NCBI GenBank assembly: GCA_964016885.1
Contig: CAXHJY010000285.1
Coordinates: 1-47,291 of the forward strand
Direction: 5' to 3'
DNA length: 47,291 nt
From: Eledone cirrhosa
Lineage: Eukaryota
Shown here piece by piece: positions 25,950 to 36,647 of this stretch; positions within the stretch are counted from its first letter, which is position 1; every line of letters starts with the position of its first letter. The translations under genes were made by a program, and so were the position numbers. The notes under the pieces were generated by a model. That model saw only the letters and a program-made list of their open reading frames with translations. It did no database searches and was not told the DNA's origin.

Positions 25950-26720
25950 GATAGCAACTAACAGCGCTGCGATCGAATGTGGCTTTTTAGCCCAGCCAAT
26001 GATCTAAAATGTCTTGCACAGAGTCGGCAACCAAAACATTCAATGGGAATAGTCGGCTGTGGTTGGAGTTCGTGTACTTTTGCATGTCGCTTGAGCCCTC
26101 CTGCTGATTTACATTCTCTACCACATGTTTGGCAAGCATGATGAGTAGCATCTCCAACAGCAGCCTGGTAGTCAACCACTGGTCTTACTTTATGACTGCG
26201 AAGATGACTTTCGAGTCCAGCTTTGCTTAGGCAGAGTCTCGCACAGACGCTGCATGTCAGCACCATAGGAGGACCCTCGCCGTCTGGAAGTGCAACAGCA
26301 ATGCCCTTCCTCACATCCCGCTTTACTTTCTCGTATGCGATTCGAGATGCCTCAAAGGCAACTTTTCCCTCATATACCGTCTTTCTCCATTTATTACGAT
26401 CAGCAGCAATATTTTCCCATGTATCAGCAGAGATGTCAGCTTCTTTCAAAGAGGCTTTCAAGGAGTCCTTATACCTCTTTTTTGGTTTATGTGGCGGTCG
26501 TTTTCCTTTAACCAACTCTCCATAAAAGAGTTGTTTTGGTATTCTAGAATCCTTCATCCTGGCAAGGTCACCACTCCAACGGAGTCGTTGCTTAAGCACA
26601 AGAGCTTCTATACTGTCACACATAGAGCTTTCCAAAATCTCGACATCACTGATGTGGTCCCTCCAGTGAACGCCATGGATCCGTCTGAGACACATCTGAT
26701 GGAAACGCTCCAATTGCTTG
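25606..26720 (-). mobile_element. 5'-truncated RTE (BovB-like) LINE with three C-terminal C2H2-type zinc fingers
   Basis: KQLERFHQMCLRRI...QRLRWSGDLARMKDSRIPKQLFYGELVKGKRPPHKPKKRYKDSLKASLK; stop at 25958; 3'UTR expanded by microsatellites; GATACATACATACATA at both 25590 and 26721 (TSD-like). Confidence 0.9.
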
Positions 26721-26980
26721 GATACATACATACATATATATACACACGCCATGAAAAAGAAAGAATACTTTCTAAAGTTAACAGTCAATTTGGAAACTTA
26801 TCGTATGTGACGATGAAGAGAAGGAGGATGAAAAGAGAAGGAGGAGGAGGAGAGAAGGCGGAGAAGAGAAGGAGGAGGAGAGAAGGAGGTAGAGAATGAG
26901 GAGGGGGAGAAGAGGAGGAGACTGAACCAAGATAAACAAGAGAAAATAATAAAGTGATGTAGTTTAGTTAATTTCTAAAA

Positions 26981-27080
26981 ATGTTTCGGGCGTGTTACCC
27001 CTCTTCTGGCTGTTGTGCTGGCGTTCTTCTCTCTCTGTTGCTGTTATTCATCTCTTTCGGCACCTCTACTATACAAGACG
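26981..27080 (+). CDS. Probable first coding exon (signal peptide) of an unidentified secreted or membrane protein gene
   Basis: aaaaATG start; MFRACYPSSGCCAGVLLSLLLLFISFGTSTIQD has a hydrophobic h-region; ends at a consensus donor CG|GTAAGT (27081), phase 1; non-repetitive sequence. No downstream exon identified. Confidence 0.55.
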
Positions 27081-27177
27081 GTAAGTCTCACATTGACAAA
27101 CACAGTCATTTACACCTTTGTTTGCTTATCTGTATTTCTAAATCTATTTTTGTAATGTTATTTATGTATTTACGCTG

Positions 27178-27322
27178 TCAGTTCAAATCCCGCCGAGGTT
27201 AACTTTGCCTTTCATCCTTACGGAGTCGATAAAATAAAGTACCAGTAACGTACTGGTGCCGATTTAATCGACTTTCCCCTTCCCCCAAATTACTGGCCTT
27301 TTGCCTATACTAGAAATCGTTA
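27178..27322 (+). mobile_element. SINE, 5'-truncated longer variant
   Basis: Same family, retaining GATTTAATCGACTTTCCCCTTCCCCC. Confidence 0.85.
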
Positions 27323-27376
27323 TTTATGTATATATTTAAAACATATTTGTTATGTTATTCTGCTGTAAATTTATTT

Positions 27377-27651
27377 GGCAATCTTTCGTTTTAGGTACGT
27401 AAAATAAAACTTTGCGAATTTTACTAAGTTTCGGTTTTTAAATTTTACTAAGTTTCGGTTTCTGTCAGTTTAAATATCATGGGTTAGGGTATTATCATGG
27501 GTTAGGGTTATTATCATGGGTTAGGGTTATTATCATGGGTTAGGGTTATTATCCTTCGTGAGATATTCCTGTGAGATTTCGCTTCTTTTGAAAAACATTT
27601 TTGTTTTTCTCGATTTTTTTTTTATTTACGTACCTAAAACGAAAGATTACC
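27377..27651. mobile_element. Merlin-like MITE
   Basis: ~30-bp TIRs GG(C/T)AATCTTTCGTTTTAGGTACGTAAA; perfect 8-bp TSD ATTTATTT (27369-27376, 27652-27659); GG termini with an 8-bp TSD fit the Merlin superfamily. Confidence 0.8.
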
Positions 27652-28024
27652 ATTTATTTATATGCTTTGTATATATCATATGTGTTTATATTTCCACTCC
27701 CATTTTTAACGTTATTCAATAAAATATATATTGCTTATCTATTGTTTAGTTTTGATATTTAAGGAAACAACATATATTGCTGTTTTAGTAATTCAGCAAT
27801 GCTAGTGTAGTCTTTTTCTCCGTCTCGTTCACCCTCCACATCTCTCACTATTAGAAACAAATGGGCTCCCAAATGGCCACACAGCGAGCCTATCCATATG
27901 TTTATTGTATATAAACATATTATATATGTTATTATATATGTTCATATACACCTCTATTATACGTTAATAGCACTAAACAGTGTCTTAGTGCTACTGCCAA
28001 TTATATATTTGTGGGGGAGGGGGT

Positions 28025-28826
28025 GTAGTTTTGTATTTGTTTTGCAAGATTCTATATCCGAAAACGTTTGTTGAAACAGATATTGTTATACTTTGGGTGG
28101 GTCATGCTGCCAATAAAATACACTAAGTCGACATACTAATTGCGGCCTAAATAAGAGTGATGAAGAATGTGTCCCGCATGTACAAACCTAAAGAATTAGA
28201 GCGACACATACAACATGTCATCCACCGCATGCAGTTCTCTGGCTACAATCAAAGAGACAGTATTAGGGTATATAAAGGAGACAGGGATAAATGGATGAAT
28301 ATTAGAGAAATTGATGCGATTGAGACTTAACCCATGTAAAGGATCAAACTTTGGAATAGGATGGAGAGAACTAAGAAGAAGGCAAATGAGATCAGCTTAT
28401 GGTATGACAGCAACAAATACCAGAGTGTAACGTTCGTCAATGCTACCCGCAGAGGCGGACTAGCTTACAGATTTAGAAGGGCTCTAGACAAACTAAAATT
28501 AAATATTAAGATAGTTGAACAAAAGCAGGTATTCCCAGAAAAACCTTGATTAGCAGAACGTACCCTTTTGAAAAAGAAAAGGCTGCACCGATAGAAAATG
28601 TATCGTCAGCAAATTAAGCCGACAGATTAACTGTAAAACTAGCAACGTGTTATATAACATAAGATGCACGGAAGGACAATGTAGGAATAGAAACACGACA
28701 TACGTAGATGAGAAGGCTCGTAGCAGAGGAGAAAGGATAAAAGAACACCGGCGAGAAAATCTTATTAGTGCCCAGCAACGAGCCAGAATGGAACATGGGG
28801 CTCACTAGATAACATCAAGATAAAAA

Positions 28827-28893
<67 letters not shown>

Positions 28894-29350
28894 GAACAGA
28901 TGCAATGCTCCGATAGGCGACAAACAAACGAACTCCAACCAAAACTAAATAGAAAGCATGAGTGGAATGGCAACAACTTTACAATGCAGTAAAGACACAT
29001 AAAAATTAAACTAACAAGATGAACCAGACACACACACACAGAGAGAACAAGTAATCAACTAGAGACAAGTAGGAAAGAGAGAAAAAAAAACAAATAAATA
29101 AGTGTATAACTAAATTAACAAATAAATAAATTAAAACACACACACTTGGATATAACTGATGCACAGCTCACACAAACAAGATGGTGTAAGACAGAACAGA
29201 CGGGAGACACAAAGTAACAAAAACAGTCTCCACTGAGGCAGTCACAGAATGTCTGATGAAAGAGCGTTGATCAACAACAAAACAACCACCCGGTTATAGA
29301 AATAACCGAGTGGGAAATTGTAATAATATATTGAAGTGAAACCCAACAAA
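28025..29350 (+). mobile_element. Penelope-like element remnant: RT thumb, GIY-YIG endonuclease and pLTR
   Basis: INCKTSNVLYNIRCTEGQC...TYVDEKARSRGERIKEH at ~28626-28748; VTFVNATRRGGLAYRFR linker; MQFSGY thumb motif at ~28229; inverted pLTR piece at ~28028-28122. Confidence 0.85.
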
Positions 29351-29649
29351 TCTGTGGACGAACCAGCAAAGACACAAACAAGCATATAGAATGACCAAAC
29401 ACGGACCTAGAATTCAACGGACGCATCTATTCCGAGAATTACAAGAAAAAACCCCATTATAAACAATAAAAAATACACAATTAATGGATATAAATAAATA
29501 TATCCATGTATACATGATCACACACACACACACACACACGTGCATAAAATGCCTACACACACACACACTCTCTCACACGTAGAAATTGTACATGTACATA
29601 CATATACATACACACATCATCACACACACCTATGCACATATATTAATAT

Positions 29650-29900
29650 TAAATTAAAAATCGATTGACAGATATATTTAAAATAAACACATCAAACAAT
29701 CACAGGGGATAATTTGTAAAGAGTGTAAACACACATAGTTACGGAAGTAACATATTAAAAATTAATGAGAACCTTGATTAATCTTCTTTGTATATATTCT
29801 ATTAAAGAAATATATTTCACCATTAATCGGTGAATCATAGATGTTAAATGTTGGATCATCGGCAAAGGAGAAGTTTCAACTGTCTGTCATTGATTACACA
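29650..29900. mobile_element. Diverged copy of the 1013-1442 repeat family
   Basis: Shared AATCACAGG(A/G)GATAATTT and ATTAAAGAAATATATTTCACCA. Confidence 0.65.
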
Positions 29901-30426
29901 CTAAAAGCAAATCAGGAAATGACGACGAAAAGCACATATGGTTTTAAAAAAATACACATTGCCCCACCGTAAGGATCGATTTGGGATGGTTCGATTGGTG
30001 GTGAACATACTTCAGGCACTCATTTGGTTTGTTATAAGGCCTATGCAGTCCCGTGTCGAGTTCCAGGATCGTGTCCAGAAAGTCCGCGCGCGCACACGCA
30101 CACACACACATTAGGTATTAAATTAACAATGAAAGTAAAAGCAACAAAGTCAAGTTATTTTACCTATTCATATCATTGTTTTACGATCGTTTCGGAGGGT
30201 TGATCATATTGACATATTGTCTGATCTATAGCAGTTATAAACTATCAGACTTCATATATAGGTTCGATCAGATTACGGACCCTACCACCGAAGGCAGACG
30301 ACACTGAAATATATATATATATATATATAGTTTTAATATAGATGAGATTAAAAGTTTTACACGCTGCTATGTATTGAGTACCTTACTTACTGTGGTTACC
30401 TCCGGTTCAACCCGGAATAACTTACC

Positions 30427-30492
<66 letters not shown>

Positions 30493-30567
30493 AGTTAAAC
30501 AGAACGCAATCGGTACAGTATATGGAAGGGATATATTAGGTTAACGCTTGATATAGCAGGAAGAGGG

Positions 30568-30603
30568 TCTTAACGTTTCGGACGCTAGTCCTTCATCAGA
30601 AGA
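30568..30603 (-). ncRNA. Minimal hammerhead ribozyme motif (Penelope-type) in a solo pLTR-like repeat (~30490-30720)
   Basis: Minus strand TCTT-CTGATGA-A-GGAC-TAGC-GTCC-GAAA-CG-TT^AAGA; stem I TCTT/AAGA; palindromic AACGTT at stem III. Confidence 0.75.
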
Positions 30604-30742
30604 AAGAATGAGATAGATTGAAGGGACGGGCGGGGTGGAATTGGAAAAAATGTCTTTAGATAAAAATAACAGGTCCATTCATGTTGACATCTTTTGTAAA
30701 ACTATTGGTGCTGGCGTTTTGTGTATATGTATGTATGTATTT

Positions 30743-32710
30743 TAGGGTGTTTTATAATTATAGGGATATCTTTTAATGTTGGAATCACCTAAAGTTGATT
30801 ACGCCATGAATCTATTTCAATTAAAAACTACACAGGGGAAAATACACGAAGATACAGGTATATTTAAAGGTTACACACTTTGGTGTTATGGGGATAATAC
30901 CCCCCCCCCCCAAAAAAAAAATCGAAAATATTTACTTCGACAATTGTTGATTGTAACCAGCTTTCTCTACACCACCACCACTACCACCGACTACACCACC
31001 ACCATTGTAATACCACCGACTACACCACCAGCACTACCACCGACTACACCACCACCACCATTGTAATACCACCGACTACACCACCACCACTACCATTGTA
31101 ATACCACCAACTACACCATCACCACCACAACTACCATTGTAATACCACCGTCACCACCAGCACTACCATTGTAATACCGCCATCACCACCACAACTACCA
31201 CCGACTACACCATCACCACCACCATCATCACCACCACTACCACCGACTACACCATCACCACCACCAGCACTACCATTGTAATACCACCATCACCACCAGC
31301 ACTACTACCAACTACACCATTACCATCACCACTACCATTGTAATACCACCATCACCACCACCATAGTCACATACACCACCATCAACTACACCATCACACC
31401 ACCACAGTCACATACACCGCCATCAACTACACCATCACCACCACCACAATCACATACACCACCATCAACTACACCACCACCATCACCACCATCACCACTA
31501 CCACCACAGTCACATACACCACCATCAACTACACCACCACCACCATCACCACAGTCACATACATCACCATCAACTACACCACGACCACCATCAACTACAT
31601 CATCACCACCATCAACTACATCACCACCATCACAAGTGCTCTTGTGTTTTCTCTATCGCGTCGAACTCAGGGAGACAGAGTTTCCGCTGCCATAAGCTCC
31701 AGGAAGTGCAGAGAAAAGCAGATATGCCTACCAAAACGGAAATAAAAAAAACAACATCCGAATTTCAATCGAGAAACTGTATAATGAATATCAATTACTG
31801 AAAAAGGAAAAATCAAGGATATCTGACTAAACAATTGCATCGCATGAGATTTAAAAAGGTGATTTCGAGTAAATTTTTGACCCTGCAAAGCAGGACGTTC
31901 TCGAACGAAAGGATATCCCATCTGAAGACAAACCTTTCCCTGAGACAAAGCGAGAATATCGGATGGCTGGTGTTGGTGCAGAACATGTGAGAGTCATTCA
32001 AAAGAAGGAAATAAAAATTCACGATATGAAAGTAAGAAAGAGAAAGCAGAATGAAGATCACTGAGTAAATAGCCCTTGAAAGTTCGGTATCTAGCTCAAC
32101 TATTAATGATGATGATGAAATCTTGCAGTCAGCAACACCCCGAAAGCTTGATACCACGCTCGACGCCTCTGATGTTGCCTCATGGGAAAGGGGATAAATA
32201 TTGGTATGTCAAGCAAGTACTTCTTACATCGCAATTGGGAAGAATCTTGGTCATGTTGTGTCTGAATTCTCGATTTCCCTCTCCACTTTTTATTGAGAAA
32301 GAACCAGTCACCGTGAGGAGATGGCTCAGGAAATCAAGTTGTCAGCTTATCTGGAGATCTTATGTGTTCTGATTGCAAGACATGGCACTGGACAAGGCGC
32401 TGAAGTCGTTTTGAGAGAAATTCAACGACTCAAAATTGAGTATAGAATAATTGTTATCTCCTTCGAAACTATTGCCCGTAACATCGGCATGCACCAAGGG
32501 CCCAATGCAAAAATTGAAGCAGCTCGGAAAAAAATACGTGGCACTATTATTTATTGAACTGCTTTTCAAGAAAGTCTTTGAGAACTTTTACCCATCATCT
32601 GGTCCCGGTCTCCCACAGTTCAAAAAGTTCCAGGAACGTTGACACTCCATAGATAAGTCTCATTATTAATTTAAATCTTGCAAAACCATTTTTCTGGTTT
32701 GACAGCTGAT
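30743..32710 (+). mobile_element. Decayed hATm-like DNA transposon interrupted by an (ACC)n repeat
   Basis: TAGGGTG left terminus at 30743; transposase remnants GTGQGAEVV...ISFETIARNIGMHQG (cf. FDTTASNTG) and IELLFKKVFE...SSGPGLPQFKKFQE, with frameshifts. Subgroup assignment is from recalled motifs. Confidence 0.65.
30968..31633. repeat. (ACC)n-based compound minisatellite
   Basis: Direct inspection. Confidence 0.9.
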
Positions 32711-32983
32711 GAGAGTGAAGATGTGTGTGTGTAAACATCTTGTACATCGATTTTATTTATTTCCTCGTCTAGTCACACACACACATATATATATATACAT
32801 ACATATATATTTACATGAATACACACACACATACATACATACATACATACATACATACATACATACATACATACATACATACATACATACATACATACAT
32901 ACATACATACATACATACATAGCTAGAACTATCTGGAACGCACACATACATACATACATACATACACACATACATACATACAT

Positions 32984-33509
32984 AGCTAGAACTATCTGGA
33001 ACGCACTTCGGAAAACAAAATTAACAACAAACGAGGAAGAATATATTGAGACAGATGGCACTAAGGAATACTGGTGGAACCTGAAAATAAAAACTGCCAC
33101 CAAATTAAAGCACAACCGGCCTGATATTGTTGTTTGGGACCACACATTGAAAACGTGTTCTGTTGTGGAGATCAGCTGCTCACTTGATGTAAACGTTGTC
33201 AGAAAAATACAGAAGGAGGAGGACATCTACGGACCATTGATGAGGAGTTTACAAATCCAGTATCCAAGATACACATTTAGCTTCATACCCATCATTATTG
33301 GAGCTACGGGTTATATACCAACCCGCTTGGACCAAAGTATGACTGAATTTGGATTTGCGGACAAAAAGCGCAGCGATAGCTGGCACCTTCAAAATTTGCA
33401 AAACATTCTTGCGATTCAAGGGATGACAATTTCTTTTCTTTTACAACCTTGCCACCAGGAAGGTGGCCGGTCAAAAAAAATGTACTCGAAATTAAGAGAA
33501 AGAGATAAA
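32984..33509 (+). mobile_element. 5'-truncated R4/Dong-like RLE retrotransposon inside (CATA)n
   Basis: ARTIWNALRK...EYWWNLKIKTATKLKHNRPDIVVWDHTLKTCSVVEISCSLDVNVVRKIQKEEDIYGPL...PIIIGATG; (CATA)n at 32830-32983 and 33510-33580. Confidence 0.85.
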
Positions 33510-33551
33510 CATACATACATACATACATACATACATACATACATACATACA

Positions 33552-33583
<32 letters not shown>

Positions 33584-33654
33584 CATTATTGGGTCTGCTA
33601 ATATCCAAACCAGGCCGTTCAGACACTATATATATATGTATATATATATATATA

Positions 33655-33919
33655 GAGTGTCTGAACGGATTGAAATCAGACGACTGTGCCAGGCTCGTCT
33701 GTCTTCGTGAAACCTTTGGTAAATGAAGTAATTATCTTATTCTGTTTATTGCATAACTGTAAAGCTCTGAAGCCTACATAGAGCACTCTCTTTTCCTTTA
33801 CATTTCCTACGGAAACACTTTATATATATATGTGTGTGTATATACATTATTGGGTCTGCTAATATGCAGATCTGACTGACCTGGCAGTCTGCTAATATGC
33901 AAATCAGACCGATCAGACA

Positions 33920-33922
<3 letters not shown>
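33655..33922. mobile_element. TA-flanked MITE (Tc1/mariner-like), with a duplicate right end at ~33583-33627
   Basis: TA|GAGTGTCTGAACGG ... CCGATCAGACACTG|TA. Confidence 0.65.
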
Positions 33923-33973
<51 letters not shown>

Positions 33974-34482
33974 TCAGATGTTGTCCTTACCTGAAATCAC
34001 ATCTGCTCTGTAACTGGATTGACATTCCTACGATGACCCAACCACCATGAACTTCTTTTCTCTTTACGCCTTACATCCACTACGATTTTTATTACTCTCT
34101 GAACTCACTTTCTGTACCCTTGTATTCTTTTTCTCCCTTATCGCCTCTTATATTTAAACTTTTTCCTATGTTATTTATTTTTTTATTCCCCTCCTACTTT
34201 CTACCTTACCCTTTACATACCCACCTCTTTTTTATTTATAGATTTTTATTTTTGTGTGTATGTATGTGTTTGTGTATATGTGTATATATGTATATATATA
34301 TATATGTGTATATATATATATATATATATACATATATATGTATATAATTATATATATCTGTGTGTGTTGTGTGTATGTGTGTGTGTGTATTTTTATTTAT
34401 GTGGTGATGTAACTTTTTGTATATATGTGTGTATATAAGTGTGTGTATATATATATTTTTTTTTTTTCTGTATGTATATGGT

Positions 34483-34513
<31 letters not shown>

Positions 34514-34704
34514 ATGTATATGCATACAGAGTTATTTAATGTTTATTTTCATTGATTATTTGCTCCAGGAAACTGCTGAATGCTCTAAATCAGCTATAAA
34601 CATTTATACCTTTATTTATTTTTTGTCGTATTCCCAACTATTTGAATACTCCTTCCACCTTTTTATTTATATATATATATATATATTTATATATAAATAC
34701 AATA

Positions 34705-35190
34705 TCGGAGAAAGCTCTTTAGCGATACTCCGGCCAAATTCCAACTCACTCAACAAACATTGGGAAATAAGTGATTATATTCTCAATTATGTGTTCGGGG
34801 TGCTAACTAAATGTATTGCGTGGAAAATTGGCTGTATTATTTCAAATGAGACATATCTAATATATCTCTTCCCAAATACTAATATTGATAATCTAACCAA
34901 CATCAGCACTTAGCGATAATCACTTTCTGTGCCTGAGGTATCTGTCAGGTTGCCAGTCCAGCAGTTCTAAAGAAGTGCTCGAACTGATTAAAAAAACGAG
35001 GAAGTGAATTACCGCCAAAAAAAACAATACATGCGCGTGACAATGAACTCTGAAAGGAATTCAGGCCACGTGCTAAGAACTCAATTGAAAATTGAAAAAA
35101 TATCTGTGTGTGTACAACATTTGATGACACACACAGATATTTTCTCGGGCAAAATAACAGAATGAGATACAAGGAACAATCAATATTCAT
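34705..35190 (+). mobile_element. Possible Penelope-like 3' remnant
   Basis: GESSLAILRPNSNSLNKHWEIS resembles the GIY-YIG C-terminal E..LAI....LNKR.E motif; 17-bp stem hairpin at 35097-35143; lies between (TA)n tracts. Confidence 0.4.
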
Positions 35191-35304
35191 GTATATATAT
35201 ATTTATATATATATAAATGAATATATATATTTATATATATATATTATATATATATATTATATATATATATTATATATATATATTATATATATTTATATTA
35301 TATA

Positions 35305-35360
<56 letters not shown>

Positions 35361-35714
35361 ATATATATATATATGTATGTGTGTGTATATATATATAGAT
35401 ATAGATATATATGTATGTGCATGCGTATGTATGTGTACGTACTTATGCGTATGTGTGTATGTATGTATATCTTTATATATAGGTTTTTTTATATATATGT
35501 GTGTATGTGGTTGTATGTATTTTTTCTCATGCATATGTGTACGTGAATGTATTTATATGTTTTACGATATATGTATATTCACCTACATTTATATATATGT
35601 TCCTATTCGTGTGATTGTGAGTATATGCATGCGTATCAATGTGTATGAATGTGAATTGTATATGTGTGTATATGTGTGTGTATGTTTTTTTATATATATG
35701 TGTGTGTATGTATG

Positions 35715-35769
<55 letters not shown>

Positions 35770-36582
35770 GCATGTATTTGTGTGCGTGTATATGTATTTG
35801 TATGTATACACTTTTCTGTGTATATGTTTGTACTGTATATATTTTTGTGTGTGTATTTTTCTGTGTATGTGTATATATGTATGTGTATGCATGTATATAT
35901 ATGTATATATATATATTTATTTTATCTTGTGCATTTGCTTACCACGTGTGTTTGTTTATTTATTTTTATTTGTGTAGTTCTTCTCTGTATCGCTGTCAAC
36001 TCAATAATAATTTTTATTTCCTTAATCCTTACTTTTTATTATTTTTTTATTTTTTTTATTTGTATGTGACTGCCTAATTCAGTATGTGTTTATTCATTGA
36101 TTTTTATTTATTCTCATAATTATATGTGTGTGTGCGTATGTAGGTATATATATATCTATATATGTGTGTGCGTATGTATGTGTGTATATGTGGTTATTTA
36201 TTTGTGTGTATGTATGTGTATATTTATATATATGTATATATATGCATATATAACGATATATTAACAAATGGAACCTATATTTATAAAACCATATTTATTT
36301 CTCATATGGTTATAAAAATTAAGTTAAACATACTGAGAGTTAAATATTATATATAAAAAAAATTTAAATTCATTTTTATACTGAATTTTTTAGACATATT
36401 CTTATTTTAAAATTATATCTTAAAATATTTTTTAATATTTTTTAAAATTATATTGCTTTAAAGTTATATTGCTTAAAATTGTATGAATATATTTCCAAAT
36501 CGTAATTCCTTTTAAAACTATAATTCATTTTTATTTTATTTTATTTTATATATTATGTACTTTAATTATACTATGTACTTTA

Positions 36583-36619
<37 letters not shown>

Positions 36620-36647
36620 CATGTCTACCGGTATGTGTATATATGTG

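Noticed and set aside
30175-30300. Minus-strand GAAA-CGATCG-TA hammerhead 3' half
   Set aside because: No recognisable CUGANGA at the matching position; at best a decayed copy.
33975-34140. Possible exon (plus acceptor TTCAG|AT; minus donor CAG|GTAAGG at 33991)
   Set aside because: Stops in the phase needed to join the 27080 donor, and no convincing reading frame on either strand.
34569-34602. Resemblance to the 18S rRNA 5' region (GAAACTGC...AAATCAG.TATA)
   Set aside because: Only ~33 nt with gaps; better explained as a copy of the module at ~39345-39380 and ~12935-12978.
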